Positions 27,961 through 42,035 of a DNA stretch of 64,000 nt are shown here, piece after piece. The stretch is from Eledone cirrhosa (Eukaryota): NCBI GenBank assembly GCA_964016885.1, contig OZ024742.1, positions 2,232,001-2,296,000 of the forward strand. Direction: 5' to 3'. The translations under genes were made by a program, and so were the position numbers. Positions within the stretch are counted from its first letter, which is position 1, and every line of letters starts with the position of its first letter. The notes beneath the pieces are model-generated. The model had not been told where the DNA came from. It made no database searches and was given only the letters and a program-made list of their open reading frames with translations.

Positions 27961-28644
27961 GTAGGTTATTTACAGATATAATGTATTAAATAGAGCTTTC
28001 ATAGCACGATATTACCTTCGTCATCTGACAACCGCAGATCATAACAATTTCGATTTCTTTCGACGATACCAATGTTTTCAATGCTCCATTAAAGCATTGA
28101 CCTTATTAGAGATTCCCAGCTTCTACTGATTGCTGCTAATCTACCACCCATTAAGTGGAGGAATAACACTAGACATAAACCTTTAAACAGTAAACAGGCT
28201 CCCGTCTCAATGAATCAGATAAGATAAAATGTTCATTACTGGAGTCAGCAGACCTAGACCGTGGAGATGGCAAGTGCCCCGACGGAATCACCCTCATTCG
28301 AAGGAGGTAGACCCCCTCTTTTGAGACGCCACCTGCTGAGACAAGTTCTCTGCCTCCAACTTTGTCGCTTCTGCCACAAATCTCGGCATCGCCTCGTAGA
28401 AGAACGTAAAACAAACACCGGGGTCTCTCCGGCCGCTTCCTCTTCGCACCGGTCACCGTCGAGACCTCAGGCGTACTTGGACCCCGTACTGCCGAGTTCC
28501 TCCGCAAGATCGGAACATCGGCGGCCCCTTCCGGTTCTTTTATCTTTCTTTTTCTCTTTTTTCTCTATATTTCCCTATTCTTTTTTTCTTTTGTTTCCTC
28601 TTCTTTTTTATTATTGCCGTTATTATGGTTGTCATTATTATTAT

Positions 28645-28870
28645 TGGGATTGGCAATATCGGTAGAGCGTCAGACGCCATGCTTTGCAGCATAGAGTTAC
28701 GGCCCTTTACGGTCTGAGTTCAAATCCCGCCGAGGTTAACTTTATCTTTCATTCTTACAGGATCGATAAAATAAAGTACCAGTAATGTACTGGGGTCGAT
28801 TTAATCGACTCCCCCCCCCCAAAAAAAAAATTACCGGCCTTGTGTCTATATAAGAAACCATTATTATTAA
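28645..28870 (+). mobile_element. SINE S1
   Basis: GGATTGGCAATATCGGTAGAGCG...GAGTTCAAATCCCGCCGAGG...(ATT)n tail. Confidence 0.9.
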
Positions 28871-29651
28871 TTCATTGAATACTCTCACTCTTTTTTTTAT
28901 TAATCCTCTTCATACCAAACTGTTTCGTTTTTGTATAAACAGCTTTGTAAAATAAAACTAAGAAAAAAGATTTTCGCTCTACATGGCTGAATACATGCCA
29001 ACACAAGAGCAAGAATGAAGGGTTCATTCTACTGACATGGCTTTAAAAATGAGGCTTGTTTGCATAATTGCAAACGAATCGAATGTTATTAATATTCGAA
29101 AAACTCAGATTACATTTAAAATAAAACTAATTATAATATATACATATAATACAAAAAAAAAGTCTTATGAACTGACATTTAATGAATGTTAGTGCCACCC
29201 ACCGGAAGATCATATTGGTTCAATCCGGGAAGAAATGTTGAAATATGTGCAGTCGGTCGTCAGTTCCTCTTAAAACTGTTGAATCTGGGAAAATATCAAG
29301 TGTATTTCTTAAACAGAGGTTTGAGCGTTTGAAACGGAAACTATGATGAAGTTCCGTGCGAAAAAATGTCTATTTTTGTTTCATCTCATAGTGAAATTAG
29401 TAACAATATATAATGCGAGGTAACATTTTTTGTTTTCCTTTAAAAAGAAAAAGGAAATATGTTGTTTCATAAATCTTCCCAGCCCCTTTTTTTAGTTTCC
29501 AAAGTAAATATTAGTTTCCCCTGACATAATTCTAAATATTTTCTGAGTATTCAGAAGTATTCTCAAGAGAAAATTGCAACAATCCTGTGTAAATGTTGTC
29601 ATAGGTGAAGACTTATAATAAGTTCTTCTGTGAGGCAAAACTATACCCAAA

Positions 29652-29731
<80 letters not shown>

Positions 29732-30134
29732 CAGTGGTGGCCCGACAGATGAGCTCTTGCCCCGTTTCAACAGTTAGTTCAAGACTATGTTTTAGTATTG
29801 GGTATCACAGGAAAGTGACTGTGTATATGAGTGTGTGGTTATATGTATATGCTTGTATGTGTATACATGTGTGTATGTGTGTTTATATATATGTGTGCAT
29901 GTTTGTATGTTTATATAAATATGTGTGCGTGTGTTTATATGAGTGTGTGTGTTTATATATATTTGTGTGTGTGTATTTATATGTGTACGTGTGTGTGTGT
30001 GCTGTGTTCTTTTAAATGTGTGTGCGTGTGCGTGTGCATATGTGTATGTGCATATGTTTATATATATATGTGTGCATGTTTGTGTTTGTATATATATACA
30101 TATGTGTGTGTGTGTGTTTATATATGTATTTAGG

Positions 30135-30900
30135 TGTGTGAAAGTGCATAGTTAGGGTCACAATCGTAAGGTGGTGAGTTCGATTCCCGGCGGCGCCTTG
30201 TGTCCTTGAGCAAGACACTTTATTTCACGTTGTTCCAGTCCACTCAGCTGACAAAAATGTGTTGTACCTGCAATTCATACTCTGTGTCACACTGAATCTC
30301 CCTGAGAACTACGAAAAGGGTACAAGTGTTTGTGGTATGCTCAGGCACTTGCACGTTAATTTCACGAGTAGGCTGTTCCACTGATAGAAGGGGAATGTAG
30401 AGAGCGGCAGAGAATTTGTTGGTTTAGTGAGAGAGGGGGAATTAAGATAGTGAGGTATGTAGTGGAATAGAGAGAGAGGGAGAGAGGATTTGGTTGTATA
30501 GTGAGAGAGGGGGAATTCTGGGCGAGAGTGAGGTATTTAGTGGGATATAGAGAGGGGGAATTGAGAGAGAGTGAGGAATGTAGTGGTATAGAGTGAGGGG
30601 GGAGAGTTTGTGGGTTTAATGAGTGATTGAGAGTGAGATATGTAGTAAAATATAGAGAGGGGGAGAAAATTTGGTGTTCTAGTGACAGAGAGGGAATTGT
30701 GAGAAAGTGAGTTATGTAGTGGTATAGAGTGAGGAGGAGAGATTTTGTTGGTTTAGTGAGAGAGGGGGAATTGTGAGAGAGAATGAGGTATGTAGTGGAA
30801 TATAGAGAGGTTGGGAGAGAATTTGTTTCTCTAGTGAGTAGGCTGTTCCGTCGATAGTATCAACTGAAACGTTCGTCGTCGTAACCGACGGAGTGACTCC
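30135..30900 (+). mobile_element. CORE-type SINE split by a ~450-bp purine-rich imperfect tandem repeat
   Basis: GAGTAGGCTGTTCC is duplicated at 30366 and 30836, flanking the GA-rich repeats. Confidence 0.75.
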
Positions 30901-31728
30901 ATTTATATGTGTGTGTGTTTATTAGATTCTATTGGTTTTTTCCCTGTATTAGACAAAATCTGTGGATAAAATTTCTGTCTTGACTTTTTTTAAAATTGGG
31001 ATTAAATTATTTCCCCATATCTTACGTTAAATATTTTCTATCTTGACGTAATAGTTACTTATATGTCTGAATTACTGTTGGCTTCTTGCTCACATTAATT
31101 TCTCTATTTTCATTTATATTTATACTCGGAATTTCTCCTAGAGTGCTTAAAATTATTTGTGACTAATCCCGGTTTTTTAGAAAAGAAACCGCGATAATAT
31201 TGCTTTATGCTGAACTCCATATCTTTTGTTGAGTTTTTTCGGAATGTTTTGACTGCTGTTTCTTGTAAACAGTCATTCGTCTCATTCTGACGTCACTAGC
31301 CCTGTTCTCCATGTGTGTTTATTATCTTAATTACACACGAGGTGTAACTAGCCTGCTTTTAAATTCCCTTTTGGCATATTTTAGCTGTGGTTCTTAATTA
31401 TCGTGTTGAGCTCTACTGATGAACGACTCCAACCGTGACTAACCCCACTGAAAATTTTCGCGAAGTCTGTTATATTCTATTTGTATTCACATTTCAGGGG
31501 CAACTTCCTTTCAAAGTATTTTCCCATTATGTGCCGTTTTGGCTGTATTAAACTACAGACAAGCACAACCACAGAGTTTTAGTAGTAGCTATATATATAT
31601 ATATATATATATATAATGTAGGAGGTGAGTTTTATTGTAGTACAATAAAGCAATGCAGATATCGGATATGTTGATTTAAAACTGCACTATTCACAAGTGT
31701 TTTTTAACCTTCATATCATGTCTTCCTA

Positions 31729-31795
31729 TTTTATCTGACGAAAACACAAATATTATTGCATGATGATATTTGTTTTTGAAATGCGCATAATAAAA
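31729..31795 (+). ncRNA. Type-I hammerhead ribozyme in a TA-embedded element (31617-31830)
   Basis: TTTTAT CTGACGA, long stem II (ACAAATATT/GATATTTGT), GAAA TGCGCA TA ATAAAA. Confidence 0.85.
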
Positions 31796-32236
31796 TACAT
31801 GGAACTCTTTTAACCATCTTTTGATCTTATATATATATATATATATATATAACGAATAGATAGATATATACAAGCTACCATATTGGTTTTAGACAGATTC
31901 AAATACAATATGCGGGGGAAGGGAGTTCTTGATTCATCATGGTGACACGATGCCCCCCTCCCATATATTGCCCCCACCCTCCCCCGCTGCTAACCACCGA
32001 CCTTTTCTCACTACTATATTTACCTCTCTAAGTATAAGGTTTCTGATTAAATCAACCGGAAGTTGCTCGCTCGCCATATTTTCTTTTGGGAGGGGTTCTA
32101 AGAAAAACATCAACATTTACCACTTGTTTCACTTCTGACTCCATCAATGGAATCTATTGCCCCCCTCTCACTTCTTTCTCTCTCCCCCTCTCTCTTTTTC
32201 TCTACATCTTTCTCTCTTCCTCTCTCACTTTCTCTA

Positions 32237-32278
<42 letters not shown>

Positions 32279-32804
32279 CCTCTCTCTCTCTCTCTGCACA
32301 CACACATATATATATTCCTTCCTGTCTGCCTCTCTCTCTCTTTATCTCTTTACGACTCAATCCCTTTCTCTCTATCCCCCCCCCTCTGCTGCACCTCTAA
32401 CTATATTCTTACTCCCCCTACTACTTTTTTTCTTCCTTTCCTGCTAAGTTCCTTTCTCTTACCTCCAACTCTCCCCCTTCTCTCATCCTACACTTCCTCC
32501 TCCATATACGTCACGTGGTGCTGTTTACACATCAACAATCTTCTTCTCCCTTGACTCCCCCTCTTTCAGCCTTTATTCTTCTATCTCCCGCAACCTACAC
32601 TTTATCAACATCATCGCCTCAATAATGACATGTTAAAGACAAGGCCACTAGGTGACCGCTAACTAGGCTAGAAATAGTAGGTAAATCTCACTGAAAATAT
32701 CAGAAAGATGAGTATACGGGATAATATATTCCAGAGATAGAAAGAACTCAATCTTAAAAACAGAGTATAGCATAAGCTACTTAAGGCAGGAAACTCTCAT
32801 CAGG

Positions 32805-32917
32805 GAAGAAGAAGAAGAAGAAGAAGAAGAAGAAGAAGAAGAAGAAGAAGAAGAAAAAGAAAAAGAAGAAGAAGAAGAAGAAGAAGAAGAAGAAGAAGAA
32901 GAAGAAGAAGAAGAAGA
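32805..32917. repeat. (GAA)n microsatellite
   Basis: Read directly from the sequence. Confidence 0.95.
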
Positions 32918-32977
32918 GGTCGTTGTTACATCCCTTCTCAATCAGATCTTTGTCATTGAACGTTACTACTGTCTTAA

Positions 32978-33198
32978 CCCTTTAGCATTTAAACCGGCCA
33001 TATCCGGCCATAATTCTTTCACCTTTTTCTGTTCAAACCGGATGTAATCAGCTACTCATACTGATGTTAAGGTATTGTTCTCAAAATAAATAACATCAAA
33101 ATCTCATGAATTCAATATTATGTGAGATAATTATGTAAAATAAAGCCTTTGCCACAAAAATACAGTAGTATATATAGAGTAATGTAAATGCTAAAGGG
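32978..33198. mobile_element. piggyBac-type MITE
   Basis: TIRs CCCTTTAGCATTTA / TAAATGCTAAAGGG with TTAA on both sides. Confidence 0.88.
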
Positions 33199-33812
33199 TT
33201 AAATGTGATTATTAGTATGAATCGGTAAAGCGTCGGACAACAGTAGAGTTGAAGAAGTAGAATCGTATAATATTTATATGTATAGGGATCACTTCTAATA
33301 GGTTCAACACCCACTAGTATGCACTCACACAGTCATTCGGACGAGAGGAGATGTCAAACTAAAAAGCCCATACCGTCCATGTGTGGGATCTGAGGTTGAC
33401 ATCTTCACCAAACTGAGCTGGAAGATAGAAAGAAAGGCAAACTCAGATACCGAAGGGACTAAATCCTGTGATTTATGTAGTTCTGAATATTTAAAATTAG
33501 TGTTCAAAGCCACAATGCGTCGCCGGAAATCAAATTCCAACCTGTACGGCAACACTCATCTTTTTCCATTTCTCCGAGGGTTATAAACCCCACTATCAGG
33601 CTAGAAATCTCTTTAGTCTAAAATACGGTGAAAGCTAATAATTTCTAATTTCAAATTTCAAACTAGCGCACCGTTTCAAAAACATACTTACATGTTTACG
33701 TTTATAATTTGCTTGTTTATATATATATATATATATATATATACATGTGTGTATATATATATATACATGTATATATATATATACATGTGTGTGTATATAT
33801 ATATATATATTT

Positions 33813-33912
<100 letters not shown>

Positions 33913-34531
33913 ATATATATATATTGAATATTGATTGTTTCTTATATCTCATTCTGTTATTTTGCCCAGAAAATATCTGTGTGTATCATCAAATGTTGTA
34001 CACACATAGATATTTTTTCAAGTTCCAATTGAGTTCTAGCACGTGGCCTGAATTCCTTTTAGAGTTCATTGTCATGCGCATGTATTGTTTTTTGGCGGTA
34101 ATTTATTTCCTCATTTTTGAATCAGTTTGAGTATTTCTTTAGAACTGCTGGACTAGCAACCTGACAGATACCTCAGGTACTGATGATGATTATCGCTAAA
34201 TACTGATGTTGGTTAGATTATCAATATTAGTATTATTAGGGCACCCACTGATGAATTATAGGGGCCCACTTGAATATATATCTATTGCTCCTACATAAAT
34301 TGGTATAATTTCACCCAAAATGTGGGAATCCTATAATGAAACGAGACGCCCGTCTGGGAAGAGATATATTCGATATGTTTCATATGAAATAATACAGCCA
34401 ATTTTCAACGCAATACATTTAGTTAGCACCCCGAACGCTTAATTAGGAATATACTCACTTATTTCCTAATGTTTGTTGAGTGAGTTGGAATTTGGCCGGA
34501 GTATCGCCAAAAAGCTTTCTCCGATAATGTA

Positions 34532-34609
<78 letters not shown>

Positions 34610-34849
34610 TGTATATATTGTCCTTGGTCCAACAGGTCAACAGATGTGTCTGATTGGTATTTTGTCAGTTTTTAGCAGGTGGTATGTTGGTGAGTCATTT
34701 GTGTTACGTCATCAATCTACACGATATTTCCTACGTCGACACCAGGACAACACCAAATAATGACGTCTAGCCTCTGACGAATGGCGGACAAGATTCCATA
34801 GAATCTAGCTTAACGAATGGCTTCACCTTTCATTCAAAGCTGGGAACCA

Positions 34850-36918
34850 CATATATAATTAATACGTTACCATACAACATATAATTAATACGTTACCATA
34901 CAACATATAATTAATACGTTATCATACAACATATAATTAATACGTTACCATACAACATATAATTAATACGTTACCATACAACATATAATTAATACATTAC
35001 GATACAACATATAATTAATACGTTACCATACAACATATAATTAATACTTTACCATACAACATATAATTAATACATTACCATACAACATATAATTAATACG
35101 TTACCATACAACATATAATTAATACTTTACCATACAACATATAATTAATACATTAGCATACAACATATAATTAATACGTTACCATACAACATATAATTAA
35201 TACGTTACCATACAACATATAATTAATACATTACCATACAACATATAATTAATACATGACCATACAACATATAATTAATACGTTACCATACAACATATAA
35301 TTAATACGTTACCATACAACATATAATTAATACGTTACCATACAACATATAATTAATACATTACCATACAACATATAATTAATACATTACCATACAACAT
35401 ATAATTAATACATTACCATACAACATATAATTAATACGTTACCATACAACATATAATTAATACGTTATCATACAACATATAATTAATACGTTACCATACA
35501 ACATATAATTAATACATTACGATACAACATATAATTAATACGTTATCATACAACATATAATTAATACGTTACCATACATCATATAATTAATACATTACCA
35601 TAGAACATATAATTAATACATTGCCATACAACATATAATTAATACATTACCATACAACATATAATTAATACGTTACCATACAACATATATTTAATACATT
35701 ATCATACAACCTATAATTAATACGTTACCATACAACATATATTTAATACATTATCATACAACCTATAATTAATACGTTACCATACAACATATAATTAATA
35801 CATTACCATACAACATATAATTAATACGTTACCATACAACATATAATTAATACATTACCATACAACATATAATTAATACGTTACCATACAACATATAATT
35901 AATACATTACCATACAACATATAATTAATACGTTATCATACAACATATAATTAATACATTGCCATACAACATATAATTAATACATTTCCATACAACCTAT
36001 AATTAATACGTTACCATACAACATATAATTAATACGTTACCATACAACATATAATTAATACATTGCCATACAACATATAATTAATACATTGCCATACAAC
36101 ATATAATTAATACATTACCATACAACATATAATTAATACGTTACCATACAACATATATTTAATACATTACCATACAACATATAATTAATACGTTACCATA
36201 CAACATATATTTAATACATTACCATACAACATATAATTAATACGTTACCATACAACATATAATTAATACGTTACCATATAACATATAATTAATACATTAC
36301 CATACAACATATAATTAATACGTTACCATACAACATATATTTAATACATTACCATACAACATATAATTAATACGTTACCATACAACATATATTTAATACA
36401 TTACCATACAACATATAATTAATACATTACCATACAACCTATAATTAATACGTTACCATACAACATATAATTAATACGTTACCATACAACATATAATTAA
36501 TACATTGCCATACAACATATAATTAATACATTGCCATACAACATATAATTAATACATTACCATACAACATATAATTAATACGTTACCATACAACATATAA
36601 TTAATACATTGCCATACAACATATAATTAATACATTGCCATACAACATATAATTAATACATTACCATACAACATATAATTAATACGTTACCATACAACAT
36701 ATATTTAATACATTACCATACAACATATAATTAATACGTTACCATACAACATATAATTAATACGTTACCATACAACATATAATTAATACATTACCATACA
36801 ACATATAATTAATACGTTACCATACAACATATATTTAATACATTACCATACAACATATAATTAATACGTTACCATACAACATATATTTAATACATTACCA
36901 TACAACATATAATTAATA
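34850..36918. repeat. 26-bp minisatellite, about 80 copies
   Basis: Unit CATACAACATATAATTAATAC(G/A)TTAC. Confidence 0.97.
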
Positions 36919-37569
36919 CACACACACACACATACATACACAGAGACACAGACACACACACAGACACACACACTCACACACAGACATAGACACACACACA
37001 CACATACAGAGACACACACAGAGACAGAGACACACACACACACACACAGACAGAGAGACACAGATACACACACACACAGACACACAGACACACACACACA
37101 GATACACGCACATATGCCCCCCTCCACACACGCAGACACAGACACACACACATATACTCACACAGACATATACCCACAAACACAGACACGTGTGTACTAG
37201 TATATATTTAAACGTAGAATGTTCAAATATTGACGCAATGAATACTTGATAAGTATAATATTTATTTTCCCAACAAAACATGAGGCGATATTTACAGGAC
37301 TAGAACTGTTTCATTCATTTGAAATCATCAGGATATTTATGGTGACTTCAAACAGATAAAGCAGTCTTATAGAAGTAGTTTCTCTAGGAAATAAATACCT
37401 ATCTTCTCTCCCAATATATTGAGTATGTTATTGAACGGTAGTTTCTCCCCGAACCACGTTTCTCTCTCTGTCAGTCTCTCTCTCTCTCTCTTTCTCTCTC
37501 TCTCCGTTCTCCATCCCCCCTCTCTCTCTCTCTCTCTCTCTCCCTCTCTCACACACATAGACACGTATA

Positions 37570-37672
37570 TAAGTCTTTGGACAAATTCCTCCAAGTAATC
37601 CCGGATAAACCTCCAAACCCGGATATGCCTCCGTAAACAATAATTCTCTACTTGAGTGGGCCATGGTGCCCA
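37570..37672 (+). mobile_element. CR1 LINE short fragment
   Basis: Matches the reverse complement of 5811-5913. Confidence 0.8.
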
Positions 37673-37732
37673 ATCATGTGATATAACTTATCTATCAGTT
37701 TAGAAATTACGTATGAGATGAAAGAATGGTAT

Positions 37733-40700
37733 TTAACTAATGTAATGGTACGCGGTGGGGCCCACCCACAGCCCGGCGGACAGAATGGAGAAGGCCTTTC
37801 CTCGGAGGACGGCAAGGGAGACGCGCTGGAAAAGCCACTCCAATTCGCGGGGCTCACACCTACGGCTGGCCAGCTCAGCGCCTATAGTGGTGAGTAAGGA
37901 GGTAGCCCTGGGGCTGAGGACACTAGAAGTTTCCACTGCCAAGGGAACGACCGCAAACCTGTCGGAGAGCGACCGGTATTTGAGGAGTTTGGCCCCCTCA
38001 GCCCGGCGTGCAACAGAACCTTGGTCAGTCGCAGACTGCACCAGGTTGCGGCTGCAGAAAGTGTCGGTGTAAGTGGCATCCCAGACGAGGGGTTTGCCAC
38101 CGCGGAACGGGAAGATGGTCATGCCATCTGGCCTTTTGCCGTCCCCTCGATCCAACCCCACCTGCTCGAGCTGGGAAGGGAAGCCGGCAGCGTCCAAACC
38201 ATGCTTAATGACCTCGTTGAGGGCAGTATGGCGTGGAATGCGGCCGGCACTGTGGCGACAGGAAAGCGGGTGGAGGCCGAAAGAATCCACGGTGGAACCG
38301 CAGTGACATTGGTGTGGCTGGCAGATCCGGAGGCCGAGCCTCAGTGAAACGCCGATTCGCAGGCTATGGTTGTCTAGCTCTGTGCCAGTGGAGAAGGAGG
38401 GCAAAGCATGGAGCCAGGCACCACTGTGGGGTTTGGAGGCCGCACGAAAACAAGCAAGGCGGTGCTGGTCGAGCTGGCGCGTAGGCCTGTCTGAGGCCAG
38501 GCTGCACTGGATGGCATCCCATATGCGTTGGGGGGTCTTGAGATCAACAGGGGGAGAAGGAGGAGGGACGTCTACTGGGCTAAGTCCCAGCCGGTCCCAC
38601 GTCTCACAGGCGGCCTCACGTTCTCTGAACACAGAGAGTTCTGTTATGTTTTGAAGAACCCTGCTGACGAGGACGCGGCACGAGGTTACCGACGAAAGAT
38701 ACGCCGGCAAAGCTAGTGAGATCGGGGACTGGAGGCCTAGGTCGCCATACCTGACCGGTAAAGTGGCCTGTTGCCACCCTATGTCGTCAAACTTGACGTT
38801 GCATATCCCCTCGGCTGCTGCTCGGATAAAAGTATCGAAGTCAGCGAGGAGAGATGTCTGGGTGTAGCATGGAGCGCTGCGGAGTGTATAGAGGAGCTTC
38901 GGCATGGCGAAACAGTTTCTCAGCAGAAAGAGAGCTGGGTGGCCGTCAATCAAGCCCAGTCGGCTCGTGAGAGTCTGGAGCTGTTGAAGCCTGGACCTGA
39001 TGGTGGAGCGGATGGCCGGCGGGTGGATCGGTGACCCGAGGATGAGGACATCTTCTTTGGGGGTCACCTGAACCTGGCGGAGAATGGACCGCACGTCCAA
39101 GATAGAGGCTGCAAAGCTCACAGCATTGAGGCTGACATTCACCACCTCCGACTTGGCTGAGTTGACCTGGAGGCCGATTCCCGCCAGGGCAGGAATCACC
39201 GATTGAAGGTCTTGGCAGACCGTCCGTACGGGCCCGCCCAACGTAGCATCATCCAGATACCAAACGTTGAGAGGGGTTGTGATACTCCGGGCGATGTGGT
39301 CAATACCAAGGGCGAACAGTTGGACCCCCAGTAGCCGAGGGTATGACCGTATCAGCAGCTAGGAGCATGCTCGGGGCTCCATATGACAGGTAGGCCAGCG
39401 GGTAGGCAGAGGGGGCTCGGCTGAGGCAGGCCTCGAGCAGATGATCCACGTAAAGAGTTAAAGGCATTCCTCATGTCAAGCTTGACAATGAGGTGCCTGA
39501 AGTCCCTGGATGCCGGTACCGATGGGCAGCTGCTGAAGAACTGCCTGATTGCATGAGAGGCTCCCTCACAGCCACCGGACACGCGACACCTAGTTGCACC
39601 GGACTAAACTCCTCACCATGTTCGTGTGTGACGGACTTGCAGATCACCTTGGCAGCCAGCCTCCGGAAGACATTGCCCACAGCAATGGGGCGTATGCCAC
39701 CCTCTTTCTTCCTGAGAGCGGTGAGGCTGGCCGAAAAAAAGAGGCCTCGGGCGTAAGGGTCGAGGGCACCATGAATGAGCCTATTGGTGAGAGCCACAAT
39801 TGAACTCAGAAGGCGGCGCCCGGCCTCAGCGCAGAGGGGGGATGTCAACTCCTTGAGGTGGCCTGGTCGGAGACCATCAACACCTCCGCAGCTGCTAGCT
39901 GGGAAGGACGTGATGGCGGACATGATATCTGCATCAGTAGCCACAAGGAGCAGGTGGGGGTCGGGTGGGGGTATGGGTCTGAGATCAGTGGGTGGCTCAG
40001 GGTGTTTGAGCCGCAGAGCAGCCAGGATTTCCTCGGTGGGTTGGAGGACAGTGTCCTGTGAGGCAACAACTCTGACTGCGGCCGAGACATCACCCATGAT
40101 AAGCTTTGCGTTTACCTGGTCACGCAAACGCTTGGCGCTGGCCTCGGGGGTGGAGGATAGGGGGTACCTGAGGGTGGGGTGTGTGGGGTCCCTGGGCACG
40201 CTTGGAATGGGCTCTCGCCCAAATGACGAGACATTGGCCTTGACGAAAGCTGCTGCTGACCGGCCACCCCGGTCAGCGCCAGAGCTGGGGAGGCCGAGGG
40301 CGAGTGGGGCGAAATAGAACAACCGCTCCCAGTCACTGGCTCGATTGGAGTCGAGGGCTCTCTCAATCGAGGAAGCGAGGGCATCGGCTACCGGCACCCG
40401 TGCCGCTCTCGGGATCCTGAGTGGGATCTTCCGGACCTGCCTGAGCCCAGCGATGTTGACCAACGAGGCTCGGGCGTCAGGCAAGCTCGCTGTCCCTTCT
40501 GGTGGTGTGCCAGACGGCCGTGGCTGGGAAGACGTGGGGAAGAAGCAGCTCCTGCACCTCCACGCTGCGAGGGCATTGGAAGCTCGACTAGTCAAGCCAA
40601 CGCAGGTGAGGTGGTGGAAGCTGCCGCACCCCAAACAGTTCCGGCCTCTCTTCCATTTGTTAGTAGTGCCGCAAGTGCTGCATGTGTCGATTTGGAGGGG

Positions 40701-40990
40701 TGGGGGATGGGGCGTGTGCCGGCGACTGGGGCACCGAGCGGCATCAGGAGTGGGTGGCTGGTGTGTGTGTTTGGAAGGGAAAGTGCTGATAAGAGGGCAG
40801 CATAGCTCACCTATATATATGGAGGTGCCAGAAAACGAGAGCGAAAAGGGGCTGCATGGAGGGGGAGACACAGAAAGGTAGAATGGCAGTAAATGAATGA
40901 GTGAATGGATGGATGTACACAAAAAAAGGGGAAGGGGGGGGGGGACAAGGGGTTGTTCCCAGCGGAAAGACCCAGAATTCAGCACGCACA
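37733..40990 (-). mobile_element. CRE-clade non-LTR retrotransposon (PHD finger, RT, RLE), frameshifted within RT
   Basis: GIRPIAVGNVFRRLAAK, QLGV, KLDMRNAFNS, YLDDATL, C.CG...HPLSC zinc knuckle, GKRPDG, VWDAT, AVETS. GC-rich relative to the flanks. Confidence 0.9.
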
Positions 40991-41192
40991 CATGCGAGCA
41001 ACTGAGCAGTTTGTCAAAGACGATGTTCTCAATGGACGCGCTTACAATATATGAATATAATTGAACCGTCGTGTCATTTAATTTGAAAAGTTGAGCAAAG
41101 TAAAAGGAAAATAGTGAATCTGGAGTGTCAATCCCTTGTGATCCCCCCCCCCCTCTTTTTTTTCTTTTCTACCTACCTATCTCTCTCTCTCT

Positions 41193-41283
<91 letters not shown>

Positions 41284-41472
41284 TTACGTATCGAGAGAGA
41301 GAGAAAAGGGGGGATAGGTGATACATGTAGTTATTTGCTAAATAGCGTATGCAGAGGGTGCTCAATACTAGTGCCGGCAGTGTTAAATATTAGAAGTGTT
41401 AATATTTAGTGGGCGAGAGCATATATATATAGAGAGATGTGAGAAAAACCACAGACCCTCCATCTCAACTCA

Positions 41473-41510
41473 CCTTTTGAAAAGCAGAAGAACTGCGAAA
41501 CCGGTAAAGG
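41473..41510 (+). ncRNA. Hammerhead variant with a U3-A8 core
   Basis: CCTT TTGAAAA GCAG aagaa CTGC GAAA CCGG TA AAGG. Confidence 0.65.
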
Positions 41511-41641
41511 AACCAAATAAATATATATATTTAAAAAAAAAATAAGACTTCAGTTGCATTTTCGATTTCATCTCTTTTTCTTTATACTTTCACTCGTGTA
41601 GGACACCTCGGTTATTTTTCATTTTGTAAAAAAAACCTCAC

Positions 41642-41671
<30 letters not shown>

Positions 41672-41673
<2 letters not shown>

Positions 41674-42035
41674 TGGTAAACGAAATAGAAAATGCTGACA
41701 AATTGTTCACAGTTGAAAAATGGTTTAATTAGGAATAAAAGAGTACTAGTGATTGTATGGGTTAGTATTCAGTTGTGGTTTTAAGTTTTTAAGTTTTTAC
41801 CGGTTGCGCATTTCTAAATGCTTTTCAAAAATAATTTTGAGATAGAGTGTCCACAACACGGACACTCTATCTCAAAATTATTTTTGAAAAGCATTTAGAA
41901 ATGCGCAACCGGTAAAAACTTAAAAACTTAAAACCACAACTGAATACTAACCCATACAATCACTAGTACTCTTTTATTCCTAATTAAACCATTTTTCAAC
42001 TGTGAACAATTTGTCAGCATTTTCTATTTCGTTTA

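Noticed and set aside
28169-28535. GC-rich island with ORFs on both strands
   Set aside because: No recognisable domain. It may be a retroelement ORF1 or UTR remnant, but I cannot support that.
29343-29420. C/D snoRNA candidates (RTGATGA at 29343 and ~59750)
   Set aside because: No suitably spaced D box or terminal stem.
34248-34812. Additional CTGANGA motifs (34250, 34774; also 31416, 24437)
   Set aside because: GAAA or the stems are missing, so they are too degenerate to call as ribozymes.
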